A DNA stretch of 54,644 nt from Candidatus Krumholzibacteriia bacterium (lineage in GTDB: Bacteria > Krumholzibacteriota > Krumholzibacteriia > LZORAL124-64-63): contig JAUVII010000005.1 in assembly GCA_030592845.1 (NCBI GenBank), forward strand, positions 1 to 54,644. Reading direction: 5' to 3'. The notes under the pieces were generated by a model that worked only from the letters and a program-made list of their open reading frames with translations, was not told the DNA's origin and made no database searches. A program made the translations under genes and the position numbers. Positions 7,893 through 16,603 of the stretch are shown piece by piece; position 1 is the first letter of the stretch; each line of letters begins with the position of its first letter.

Positions 7893-10004
7893 ATGAATCT
7901 TCGTGGATTAAACAACGACCGCCCAATGCTGATCGCGGCCGGAATCATGGGCGCCCTCTTCTATTGGTTCCGTTTCGGCCTGGGATTCCTGAACCCCACC
8001 CGCATCGACTGGCTGCTGGGCATGGGCGACACCGCCTTCAACCAGCTCGCCTGGACGTTTTTCCGATACGATTCCTGGCACTGGCCTCCGGGCGTGGTCA
8101 AAACTTTCATGGCTCCGGGTGGCACCACCATCGGCGTCACCGATTCCCTGCCCCTGCTGGCTTTTCCCTTCAAACTGATTTCTTTCATGCTGCCCGAGAC
8201 CTTCCAGTACGCGGGCTTGTGGCTGTTGATCAATCACGTTTTGATGGCCGTTTTCGCGATCCGCGTTACGGGAATGTTTTTCCGGCCTCTTTTGCCGCGG
8301 TTTCTTGCCGCCGGCGTCCTTGTTTTGTGTCCGGCCTGGCTCATCCGCGACGGTCATTTCGCGTTATCGGCGCATTGGGTCTATCTGGCGGCCCTGTGGC
8401 TGTACCTGAAACCGGCATCCGGCCAGGGCGGCCGACCCTGCCTGGCCTGGTGGCTGCTGCTTGCGGTGGCGGCCTGGATCCATCCCTACCCGGCGACTTT
8501 CACGTTCGGTTTTCTGGCCGCGGATCAGGGGCGACGCTGGTTTGTGGCCCGGGAAATTTCTCCCGCCAAGGCCCTGGTCACCCTGGGAGTCGGCGCGGTG
8601 GTGCTGGTCTTCATGTGGTCGATGGCGGGATTCCTGCGGATCGGACATCTGCCCATCGGCGATCTAAAAGATGACAGGCTCTGGCAGGCCGGTTTTAACG
8701 CGCTGTGGAATTCCCAGGGGCGGACCCTTTTATTGCCAGGGCTTCCGTTGGGAAACCGCGATGCGTTCGAGGGTTTTGTTTATCTGGGAGCGGGGGGGTT
8801 GCTCGCTGCCCTGGCAGCCGTTGCCCTGGGCGGAGGCAGGCGGTTGGGCGCGCGAATTGGCCGGCACTGGCCCTTGATGGTCATGCTGCTGGTGTGCGCC
8901 CTCTATGCTTTCAGCCCCCGCACAGATCTGGGCGATCAGCTGTTCCGGGCCCCGGCCCGGTTTCTGTGGCCTCATTTCTACGTTCTGGCGGTGGCGGGTT
9001 TGGCGGCTGTGGCCCGCTGGGGCCGACCCCGTCTGTCCCTGGCTTTGGTGGCGGCGATTTTTATGGTCCAGGCCATCGACCTGGCCCCGCTTTTCGACCG
9101 CAAATCCGCATACGATGCCCACCCGTTTGTTTCCCGGTTGCAGGATCCCCAGTGGCAGGTGGCGCTGGCCTCGGCCGACATGCTGTTGACCACGCCTTCG
9201 ACCACCGCGACAACTGTGTTCGAGGAGGATTTCATCGATCTGGCGATGCTGGCCCATCAGGCGGGCGTGCCGACCACAGCGGGATTCGCCACCCGCAGCT
9301 ACATGGGCGGCATGACGGCCGCCACGGATTTAACGCGCGCTTTCCTGTTCAGCGGCAGTCCCGACCCCCGGACGGTGGGTGTGATCCGCCGGTCCCACTT
9401 TGCCGAGATGTTCCCCGACTTCGCGGCAAATCTTCGCTGCACCGATCTGGATGGTTTTCCGGTGTGCTTTGCGCGCCGGGGTGGTTTCCAGCCGGAGTTG
9501 GAGTATCGGGTCGCGGCGGTCGGGCTGGCTGAGTTCATGGCTGCGAACCTGGACCGGACCTTGATTCTGGTGGGCAAGGATGACGCGCGAAACGCGCTGA
9601 CAAACGCAGCTGTCCGACTGCTTACCGAGCAGGGGTCCCGCATCGCCCAACTTCAAACCGGGGCTTCCTATGCGGCCATATTCGTCCACGGAAAACCGGT
9701 GTTCGAGCAGATGAACCCACAAAGTGCCATAGAGGTGACGGGCTTGCCCAACTCGGATCTCGGGCCGTTGAAAATCATGAGGGAGCTGAACATTACTTCC
9801 AGCGGGACGGCATCCGAAGCTTATGCCTCACTGCTGGTCGATGGCCGGGAAGTAATGTTCAACAGCGACGGTTTGAACGTGGCGGTGCTGGACGACGAAC
9901 AGAACGTGTTGGCCGTGGGAACCTTCGCCCACCCGAATTCTCTTCCCGATCTGGCCACGGTCACCGGCGGTTTGGTTTTTACGCTTGTCCCGGTCCAGCC
10001 CTGA
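7893..10004 (+). CDS. DUF6311-like polytopic membrane protein (probable GT-C glycosyltransferase) with C-terminal ILEI/GG-lectin-like domain
   Basis: 'WTFFRYDSWHWPPG...PGGTTIGVTDSLPLLAFPFK' N-terminal motif, many TMs, C-terminal 'LILVGKDDA...SYAAI...GLNVAVLD'. Start uncertain (7863/7893/7926). Confidence 0.7.
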   Translation: MNLRGLNNDRPMLIAAGIMGALFYWFRFGLGFLNPTRIDWLLGMGDTAFNQLAWTFFRYDSWHWPPGVVKTFMAPGGTTIGVTDSLPLLAFPFKLISFMLPETFQYAGLWLLINHVLMAVFAIRVTGMFFRPLLPRFLAAGVLVLCPAWLIRDGHFALSAHWVYLAALWLYLKPASGQGGRPCLAWWLLLAVAAWIHPYPATFTFGFLAADQGRRWFVAREISPAKALVTLGVGAVVLVFMWSMAGFLRIGHLPIGDLKDDRLWQAGFNALWNSQGRTLLLPGLPLGNRDAFEGFVYLGAGGLLAALAAVALGGGRRLGARIGRHWPLMVMLLVCALYAFSPRTDLGDQLFRAPARFLWPHFYVLAVAGLAAVARWGRPRLSLALVAAIFMVQAIDLAPLFDRKSAYDAHPFVSRLQDPQWQVALASADMLLTTPSTTATTVFEEDFIDLAMLAHQAGVPTTAGFATRSYMGGMTAATDLTRAFLFSGSPDPRTVGVIRRSHFAEMFPDFAANLRCTDLDGFPVCFARRGGFQPELEYRVAAVGLAEFMAANLDRTLILVGKDDARNALTNAAVRLLTEQGSRIAQLQTGASYAAIFVHGKPVFEQMNPQSAIEVTGLPNSDLGPLKIMRELNITSSGTASEAYASLLVDGREVMFNSDGLNVAVLDDEQNVLAVGTFAHPNSLPDLATVTGGLVFTLVPVQP

Positions 10005-10027
10005 GCTGGATGTTTTTGACGAATGAA

Positions 10028-10060
10028 GCCGCTCAGGGTGCAAATTGCACCCTGAGCGGC
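10028..10060. terminator. Perfect palindromic hairpin between convergent genes
   Basis: gccgctcagggtgcaa-a-ttgcaccctgagcggc (16-bp arms). Confidence 0.7.
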
Positions 10061-10109
10061 CTTAAAGATCAAGAGCAGGTCCCCCCGGGGGGCCTTCAAC
10101 CCGGCTGAA

Positions 10110-10547
10110 TCAATCGTAGGCCAGACGCGTTTCCCTATCAGACAATAGTTCTTTGAGATCATCCTGCGCGACCATCCCCGGCCAGGTTTTCAGATCCTGA
10201 TGGACCAGATGGTACTTCTCGGGAATCGGATGCGTACCCATGACCACTTCCATGCCGAATTTGCGCGGAATGAACTCCATAAAATAATCCAGATGGGGGC
10301 AGGGCGGATAGCCCACCACCAGGCCCGTGGCCAGGTGAACCACGTCGGCCCCGTTGTTCATCATTTCCTCGGGCGCGTATTCCACGTTGCCGCCGGGACA
10401 GCCCCCGCAGGTGGTGTAGCCGACGAGTTCGACTTCTTCGTCCTTGTAGCGCGCGAATCCACCGGTGCGTTCTCTCAGGGACCGAAGGCATTTTCCGCCG
10501 GCGCACGTATGGTACCGGTCACAGATGATGATGCCGACCTTCTTCAT
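10110..10547 (-). CDS. CGGC domain protein (predicted metal-binding)
   Basis: 'KVGIIIC...CAGGKC...VGYTTCGGCPG...CPH...VVMGTH'. Confidence 0.9.
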   Translation of the reverse strand: MKKVGIIICDRYHTCAGGKCLRSLRERTGGFARYKDEEVELVGYTTCGGCPGGNVEYAPEEMMNNGADVVHLATGLVVGYPPCPHLDYFMEFIPRKFGMEVVMGTHPIPEKYHLVHQDLKTWPGMVAQDDLKELLSDRETRLAYD

Positions 10548-10575
10548 TGTTTCCTCCATCATTGCGGGACAGCGG

Positions 10576-11010
10576 TTACTCCGGGTATTCCATGAATTTG
10601 GCGGACGCGGTGGCCAGAATCTCGCCGTCCTGGGTCAGCTCCGCGCCAAGGATGTGCAGGGTGCCGCGGGATTTTTCCAGCCAGCCCCTGACTGTCACCG
10701 GTTTGCCGATCAATACCGGTTTCAGGAAACGGACTTCGAGCCTGGCGGTGAGACCCGGGGTTCCGCGCGCCATCAGGCAGTTGGTCATGGCGCCGTCCAG
10801 AAGAGAGGAAACAACACCGCCGTGCAGGTAGCCGGGATAGCCGGTGAATACCTCGTCACAGGAAAAACTCCCAGTGACGGTGCCCGTCCCATCCTCTTTG
10901 AAATCCACCGCCAGTCCGTGTTCATTGGCCGCGGAGCAGACCCAGCAGTGGGGATGCCGCCGTGACCGGGTGGCTGCGTAATCGCCGGAACCGTTAGTGG
11001 TCGCAGGCAT
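10576..11010 (-). CDS. PaaI family thioesterase
   Basis: 'CWVCSAANEHGL', 'GYPGYLHGGVVSSLLDG', 'TARLEVRFLKPV'. Confidence 0.9.
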   Translation of the reverse strand: MPATTNGSGDYAATRSRRHPHCWVCSAANEHGLAVDFKEDGTGTVTGSFSCDEVFTGYPGYLHGGVVSSLLDGAMTNCLMARGTPGLTARLEVRFLKPVLIGKPVTVRGWLEKSRGTLHILGAELTQDGEILATASAKFMEYPE

Positions 11011-11332
11011 TGGAGCCGGCTCCGATCTCCCCGGCGAGGTAGCTGAGGGCCAGTGATTCGGGATCGAGAGAAGGCGCTCCCACGATCACCTCGACGCCAT
11101 GTTTGGCGAAAATTTGAATGGCCATGTTTCCCATGCCGCCGGCCAGCACCAGGTTGGCGCCCTGTTCCGCCAGCCAGGCGGGCAGCACTCCGGGTTCGTG
11201 CGCCGGGGCGTCGACGGTTTCATTGTTGGTGATTTTCTTTTCGTCCAGGTCCACATCGACCAGGGCGAAGTGTTTGCAATGTCCGAAATGCGGGTCGAGC
11301 TTTCCTTCGGAGACGGGAATCGCGATACGCAT
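10994..11332 (-). CDS. NifB/NifX family Mo-Fe cluster-binding protein
   Basis: 'RIAIP...PHFGHC..F', 'LAGGMG', C-terminal 'NACDH'. Confidence 0.9.
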   Translation of the reverse strand: MRIAIPVSEGKLDPHFGHCKHFALVDVDLDEKKITNNETVDAPAHEPGVLPAWLAEQGANLVLAGGMGNMAIQIFAKHGVEVIVGAPSLDPESLALSYLAGEIGAGSNACDH

Positions 11333-11335
11333 GGT

Positions 11336-12262
11336 TCATCCTTTCGAAATTGTCGGAAGTTTCGGGAGGGATTCGTTGGCCAAATGGCACTCAATCCCGT
11401 GCCAAATGGCAGTCATAACATGAGCAGCCTCACTTTGGGGAGCGAATTCGATCAGGCTGCGCCCATGAGCCTGGGCATCGTTCACCAGGGGTTCAAAGGG
11501 AATCTTACCGATCACGGGAAGATCCTTCTCGCGGCAGTATTCCTCGATCAGTGTGGTCAGCCGCGGGCTCAGGTCAAACTTGTTGATGCAGACCATGGCC
11601 GGCACTCGAAAATGGGCGGCCAGATCCACGATGCGCCGCAGGTCGTGAAGCCCGGACAAACTGGGCTCGGTCACCAACAGGGTAAGGTCGGCCCCGGTCA
11701 GGGCCGCAGTCACGGGGCAGCCGATGCCCGGTGGCCCATCCACCAGGATCAAATCGTGATCCGCACGTTCAGCCAGCCCCCGCGCCTGTTCGCGGACCTT
11801 GCTGACAAGTTTGCCGGAATTTTCCGCGCCCACATCCAGCGCGGCGTGCACCAGGGGTCCGAACAGGGTTTGTGATACGTACCATTCCCCGCAGCGCCGG
11901 CTGGGGAAATCGATGGCCTCGGTGGGACAGAACCGCACGCAGACCCCGCAGCCTTCGCACAGAAGCGGGTCGATTTCGTAGGTCACACCGCCACCCTGAC
12001 TCTCAATTTTATCGATGGCCGAAAACCGGCACAGGGCATGGCACTCGCCGCAGGCCGCGCAGTCATCCTGCCTGATTTCCGCCGTATGGCCGGCGATGAA
12101 CGGGGTGGTCTTTTCAATGACCGGATTCAATACCAGATGCAGGTTGGCGGCATCGACATCGCAGTCCGCCATCACGAAATTTTCGGCCAGGGAGGCCAGG
12201 CTCGCCACGACGCTGGTCTTGCCGGTGCCGCCTTTGCCGCTGCATACCACTATTTCCATCAT
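11336..12262 (-). CDS. MinD-superfamily P-loop ATPase with inserted 2x[4Fe-4S] ferredoxin (COG1149, Orp3/4-like)
   Basis: SGKGGTGKT, DCDVDAANL, CxxCxxCxxxC twice, ENSGKLV, DGPPGIGCPV. Confidence 0.92.
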   Translation of the reverse strand: MMEIVVCSGKGGTGKTSVVASLASLAENFVMADCDVDAANLHLVLNPVIEKTTPFIAGHTAEIRQDDCAACGECHALCRFSAIDKIESQGGGVTYEIDPLLCEGCGVCVRFCPTEAIDFPSRRCGEWYVSQTLFGPLVHAALDVGAENSGKLVSKVREQARGLAERADHDLILVDGPPGIGCPVTAALTGADLTLLVTEPSLSGLHDLRRIVDLAAHFRVPAMVCINKFDLSPRLTTLIEEYCREKDLPVIGKIPFEPLVNDAQAHGRSLIEFAPQSEAAHVMTAIWHGIECHLANESLPKLPTISKG

Positions 12263-13110
12263 GCCGTCACCTCCCGGGATTGCAGGGCCAGAAACAATTC
12301 AGTCAGGGCGTCGGCCACCTCGGGGTCGGCTTCGATGGCCAATCCTCCCTCGGCGCAGACCTCGGCCACCTCGCGACGAAATGGAATTCGAGCCAGGATC
12401 TCGACATTTTCCTCGGCGCAGAAATCATCCACTGGGCTTTGGAGGGTGCTGGCCCGGTTGATCACCACGCCGCAGGGTATACCCAGCTTTCTGGTCAGGT
12501 CCAGGGCCAGGGCCAAATCGTGCTGACCGAAGGGCGTGGGTTCGGTGACCAACAGAACGTAGTCGGCGCCGCGCAGGGTTTCGACCACGGGGCAGGTCGT
12601 TCCCGGGGGCGCGTCCATGATGACCCAGGGTTCGTCGCCGGGAACTCCCTTGACCGCCTCGATCAACGGCGGCACCAGGGTTTCCCCGACCCGCAGCAGG
12701 CCCTGGGTAAAGGCCAGATCGCCGGCCGTTCCGGTGGATACCTCACCCAAGGGTCGCTCGCTGGGAGTCATGGCCTCATGGGGGCAGACCAGCCAGCATC
12801 CGCCGCAGCTGTGGCACAGGTCGGCAAAGATCATGGTTTTTTCCGGCAGGCAGGCGATGGCGTTGAACTCGCAGAAATCGGCGCACTCACCGCAATGGTT
12901 GCACAAGTCGTGGTCGACCACGGGAATGGGAGTCGTCACCGACCAGGCCCTGCTGATGTCGGGCTCGAGAAAGAGATGGGCGTTGGGTTCTTCGACATCG
13001 CAGTCGCATAAATGGACGGTCTGTCCCGCCCGCGCGGCGGTCAGCGCGAGGTTGACCGCCACGGTGGTCTTGCCCGTCCCGCCCTTGCCGCTGGCTATGG
13101 CGATACGCAT
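12259..13110 (-). CDS. MinD-superfamily P-loop ATPase with inserted 2x[4Fe-4S] ferredoxin (second paralog)
   Basis: ASGKGGTGKT, DCDVEEPN, CNHCGECADFC, CHSCGGCWLVC, DAPPGTTCP, VTEPTPFG. Start moved to MRIAIA. Confidence 0.92.
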   Translation of the reverse strand: MRIAIASGKGGTGKTTVAVNLALTAARAGQTVHLCDCDVEEPNAHLFLEPDISRAWSVTTPIPVVDHDLCNHCGECADFCEFNAIACLPEKTMIFADLCHSCGGCWLVCPHEAMTPSERPLGEVSTGTAGDLAFTQGLLRVGETLVPPLIEAVKGVPGDEPWVIMDAPPGTTCPVVETLRGADYVLLVTEPTPFGQHDLALALDLTRKLGIPCGVVINRASTLQSPVDDFCAEENVEILARIPFRREVAEVCAEGGLAIEADPEVADALTELFLALQSREVTA

Positions 13111-13126
13111 ATCGGCATCAAGCCTT

Positions 13127-13486
13127 TCAGTGGCGGGTGATCCCGTCGGGCGCGGCCAAGGGTTCGAGGTCGCCGTTTCTCCAGGCATTCACGGCGTCGA
13201 GAACCGTTCCCTCGAATCCGGAATAGATTTTTACACCGCCGGCAGCCAACACATCGAACGCCTTGGGTCCGCAGTGTCCGGTCAGCAGAGCTTCGGCTCC
13301 AAACTCGATGACTTTCTGCGCGGCCTGGACTCCGGCGCCCTGGGCGGCTTCGGCCTGCTCGGAGTTGTCGGAAGAAACAAATGATTCGGACTCGGAATCG
13401 TACTGGATGAAATACCGGGCCCTGCCGAAGCGGGGGTCGACCCGGTCGGAAGGTTTCGGCCCTTCGGAAGTAATGATCAGTTTCAT
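13127..13486 (-). CDS. NifB/NifX family protein (Orange-protein-like)
   Basis: 'VDPRFGRA', 'AQGAGVQAAQ', 'LTGHCGPKAF'; RBS ggagg. Confidence 0.9.
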   Translation of the reverse strand: MKLIITSEGPKPSDRVDPRFGRARYFIQYDSESESFVSSDNSEQAEAAQGAGVQAAQKVIEFGAEALLTGHCGPKAFDVLAAGGVKIYSGFEGTVLDAVNAWRNGDLEPLAAPDGITRH

Positions 13487-13523
13487 GACGGCCTCCTGTT
13501 TCGTTATCGAATAAAATCAGTAT

Positions 13524-13559
13524 TTGACGTTTGGCTGTTTTGAGTATATGCTCATAACA
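13524..13559 (+). promoter_or_regulatory. Sigma70-like promoter overlapped by a palindromic operator between divergent genes
   Basis: TTGACG(13524)-N17-TATGCT(13547); imperfect palindrome tgttttgagtatatgctcataaca at 13536-13559. Confidence 0.65.
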
Positions 13560-13585
13560 ACAGAAAATCAACCTGGAGGATTTCC

Positions 13586-13969
13586 TTGCCCCGACCACAG
13601 AAACCACGCGCCGTACGTCACGATCCCGAAGTGGTTCATTTTAAACCCGCGGGAGTGCCCATGCGGCTGCTCCAAGAGGTGACCCTGGGGCTCGACGAAC
13701 TCGAGGCCCTGCGCTTGGCGGACCTGGAAAGCCTTTCCCACGAACAAGTTGGAGAGATGATGAATGTGTCACGGGCCACGGCGGGACGTATCCTGGCCGA
13801 AGCTCGTCGCAAGACGGCCGCCGCCCTCGTCCATGGGTGGGCCATTAGGGTGGAGGGCGGCGCCGTCAAAACAATCAAGGACGAAGAGGATACGATATGC
13901 GATCACCCGGGCCGCGGCAGGGGCCGCGGGCGGGGGCGCGGACGCGGGCGTGGTGGGGGCGGCTGCTGA
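13586..13969 (+). CDS. DUF134 predicted DNA-binding protein
   Basis: 'MPRP.KPR...FKPAG...DELEALRLADLE...MNVSRAT...ARRK'; GR-repeat tail; TTG start after ggagg. Confidence 0.9.
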   Translation: MPRPQKPRAVRHDPEVVHFKPAGVPMRLLQEVTLGLDELEALRLADLESLSHEQVGEMMNVSRATAGRILAEARRKTAAALVHGWAIRVEGGAVKTIKDEEDTICDHPGRGRGRGRGRGRGRGGGGC

Positions 13970-14013
13970 ACCGGTTGATCCGGAAAGAAACCAAAAGAAT
14001 TAGGAGAAATGAC

Positions 14014-14301
14014 ATGCCTGGTGAAAACAAAAGAGGACCCATGGGCGAAGGCCCCCGCACGGGACGCGGTCTCGGGCGATGCAACAACAACACCGAAACA
14101 AATGACACAAACGTGAACGATCAGCAGGACACCACCCGTGATTTCGGTCCGGGTCCGGGTCGCGGTATGGGCCGTGGATTTGGTAGGGGACCTGGAAGAG
14201 GCCCGGGCCGCGGGTTTGGTCGTGGGCCGGGACAGGAGCCAGGGCAGGGACCCGGACGAGGACCTGGCCGGGGCCGCGGATTCGGCCGGGGCAACCGCTG
14301 A
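14014..14301 (+). CDS. DUF5320 family Gly/Arg-rich protein
   Basis: 'MPG...GPMGEGPRTGRGLGRC' then GRG(P/F/M) repeats; RBS aggag. Confidence 0.8.
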   Translation: MPGENKRGPMGEGPRTGRGLGRCNNNTETNDTNVNDQQDTTRDFGPGPGRGMGRGFGRGPGRGPGRGFGRGPGQEPGQGPGRGPGRGRGFGRGNR

Positions 14302-14310
14302 GATATCATT

Positions 14311-14469
14311 GGTTGTGCCTCTGAAATTGTGTCTGGCGGAAACAACACCCCAGACATCAAAATGAGGGCCCCCCGGGGGGTCCTCTTTTTATTATTTGAT
14401 CATCTTTGCTGGATAAAACAGCCTTTCAGTGGGCCGCGCGGACCGGGACACAATTTCAGAGGCACAACC
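14311..14469. mobile_element. 159-bp MITE-like element with perfect 23-bp terminal inverted repeats
   Basis: ggttgtgcctctgaaattgtgtc (14311-14333) and gacacaatttcagaggcacaacc (14447-14469); no coding capacity. Confidence 0.7.
14364..14390 (+). terminator. Intrinsic terminator inside the MITE
   Basis: gagggcccccc/ggggggtcctc followed by a T run. Confidence 0.65.
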
Positions 14470-14568
14470 TAATCATTTGATTGAACCGGGTGGGGGGAGG
14501 TAGAATCCCCGACAAGTAATCCGCGTTCTTTTGAACGCCCCATTTCACCGACTGCCTGGAGCCCAACC

Positions 14569-15225
14569 ATGAGTCCCCATTCGCCCGAGAAGGATTATTC
14601 CACCGGCGAGGAAATCGCCCACGCCATCACCCACGGTCTGGGCCTGCTGTTGAGCGTGGCGGCCTGTTCGGTGCTGGTGGTTCTGGCCAGCCAGCGCGGC
14701 AACGCCTGGCACATCACCGGAGTGGCCGTGTTCGGGGCCACCCTGATCGTGCTCTACGCCGCTTCCACCCTGTACCATGCCATCACCCATACCAAAGCCA
14801 AGCGGATTTTCCGTTTTCTGGACTACTCGGCCATCTATCTGTTGATCGCCGGCACCTACACACCGTTTACTCTGGTGACTTTGCGCGGGGGCTGGGGCTG
14901 GTCCATGTTCGGCGTGGCCTGGGGCCTGGCCATCGCGGGCGCGATCGTGGAAGTGGCCACGCGCCGGCGGTACAAGTGGATCTCCATGGGTTTTTACCTG
15001 GGTATGGGATGGTTGATGTTGGTTGCGGTCAAGCCCCTGTACGCGGCGCTGGATACGCGGGCGATGATTTTTCTGGCGTTGGGTGGGGCGGCCTATACCG
15101 GGGGAGCGGCTTTGTACGCGCTGGGGAAATTCAAGTACCATCACGCGATTTGGCATGTGCTGGTGCTGATCGGGAGTTTTTGCCATTTCATGGCGGTTTA
15201 TTACTCGGTGATTCCGGGGGAGTAG
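14569..15225 (+). CDS. trhA: Hemolysin III / PAQR membrane protein
   Basis: 'EEIAHAITHGLG', 'YAASTLYH', 'DYSAIYLLIAGTYTPF', 'HAIWHVLV'. Confidence 0.92.
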   Translation: MSPHSPEKDYSTGEEIAHAITHGLGLLLSVAACSVLVVLASQRGNAWHITGVAVFGATLIVLYAASTLYHAITHTKAKRIFRFLDYSAIYLLIAGTYTPFTLVTLRGGWGWSMFGVAWGLAIAGAIVEVATRRRYKWISMGFYLGMGWLMLVAVKPLYAALDTRAMIFLALGGAAYTGGAALYALGKFKYHHAIWHVLVLIGSFCHFMAVYYSVIPGE

Positions 15226-15335
15226 GGGGTTTGGGGTCGGTGAGCAACATCACGCAAGTTTTTCAAACTGAAAATAAGGGATACCATACCGGAGGCCCCG
15301 GATGAAAATTAATGAATACCTTTCATCCTTACCCC

Positions 15336-16535
15336 TCAAGGAATCCGGTAACAGGTAACCGACATCGGCTCCATGTCCTTTTCCTTCCCCGTACCCTGTA
15401 CCCGGTTAACGGCGTCCCAATACCCCGCGATACGATAGGCCCGGTCCCCCGAGAAGAGCAGGCGGTCGCGGGTGGCGTCTCCCTCGCAAACGACCCTGAC
15501 CTGTTGTGCATAGAGGCCGTTCTCGTTGAATACATCGTAGGTGGCGAAGGTGCCGGCCTCCGCTTCCCACATCGAACGCGAAGTCAAACACCACACATCC
15601 CCGTTGTCGCGCACCATCAGATCAACCACAACCGGTTCGGTCTTGGCGGGAACGGCTTCGGTTCCGGGCATATGGTCGGCCTGTCTTTGGAGGATGCTGA
15701 ACATCCGGTCGTGTGCAAGCCGGTTCCGCGGCCAGGGTTTGACCGGAAGCGTCGCCGATCGCAGGAGTGTTCCTTCGGGCGCGAACCATGAAATCTCCAG
15801 CTCGTCGCGGGGGATGCAGACAACCACCGTTCCGTCGGCGGCTACATCCATGCGGGACCATACGAATTCCTGCCATGACTCGTGTAATTTGGCCTCGCGC
15901 ATATCGAAGGTTGCTTCGGCGTGCACATATTCCGTCAGCTTGTTGCCTTCGCGGTCGAAACGGGCCAGGAAAAAGCTCCGCGTTTGCACCGGCAGGTCGG
16001 GGTTCATGGTCATGATGGATCCGCCGAGCAGCAATGTTCCGCCAGCCTGCAGGGAACGGTGCAGCGTGGCAAATCCGCCCGGGGCGTCGTCGGTCTCCAT
16101 TTTGACGACGCCCGCGGGATCGCCGTCCGGGGTCAACATGACGAGTTGGCCGGGGAACATCTTGACCAGACCGAGAGTGCCATCGGAAAAACTCACCATG
16201 TCCCGCGGATTCGTCAACTCGCCGGGGCCTTCGCCGGAGTGACCGATCACGCGGATCACCTTGCCGTCAGGAGAACATTCCAGCACCTGGGACAGCTGTG
16301 AATCCAACAGCAGAATCCGGCCGTCGTCCAGGACCAGGACACGCTCAATCGTCCCGAGAAGCACATCGTCCTCGGACCCGCCAATGGTCCACAATGGTTC
16401 CAGTTCGATGGTCCTGGTTTCCTGCTTCGGTTTACTTTCATTATCGATTCGCGGAGCTTCGGCGCCCATCAGGTCGGCTGCCGGGACCAGGATTACGGTT
16501 GCTGCCATGGCGATCCAGAAAATGACGGCTCTCAT
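15336..16535 (-). CDS. Secreted 6-bladed beta-propeller (NHL-like) protein
   Basis: Signal peptide; 'LWTIGG', 'IGHSGEGPGELTNP', 'YDVFNENGLY'. Confidence 0.75.
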   Translation of the reverse strand: MRAVIFWIAMAATVILVPAADLMGAEAPRIDNESKPKQETRTIELEPLWTIGGSEDDVLLGTIERVLVLDDGRILLLDSQLSQVLECSPDGKVIRVIGHSGEGPGELTNPRDMVSFSDGTLGLVKMFPGQLVMLTPDGDPAGVVKMETDDAPGGFATLHRSLQAGGTLLLGGSIMTMNPDLPVQTRSFFLARFDREGNKLTEYVHAEATFDMREAKLHESWQEFVWSRMDVAADGTVVVCIPRDELEISWFAPEGTLLRSATLPVKPWPRNRLAHDRMFSILQRQADHMPGTEAVPAKTEPVVVDLMVRDNGDVWCLTSRSMWEAEAGTFATYDVFNENGLYAQQVRVVCEGDATRDRLLFSGDRAYRIAGYWDAVNRVQGTGKEKDMEPMSVTCYRIP

Positions 16536-16569
16536 GTTCGATCATTCCTTCTGACAATGGTTGAAAAAA

Positions 16570-16597
16570 TTGACACACCACCGGACAACTGTACAAT
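16570..16597 (+). promoter_or_regulatory. Near-consensus sigma70 promoter, probably giving a leaderless transcript
   Basis: TTGACA(16570)-N16-TACAAT(16592); ATG at 16604, no SD sequence. Confidence 0.55.
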
Positions 16598-16603
16598 GCC
16601 CCC

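Noticed and set aside
10994-13486. Nitrogen fixation genes
   Set aside because: Only NifB/NifX-family domains; no nifHDK. The context is Orp-like.
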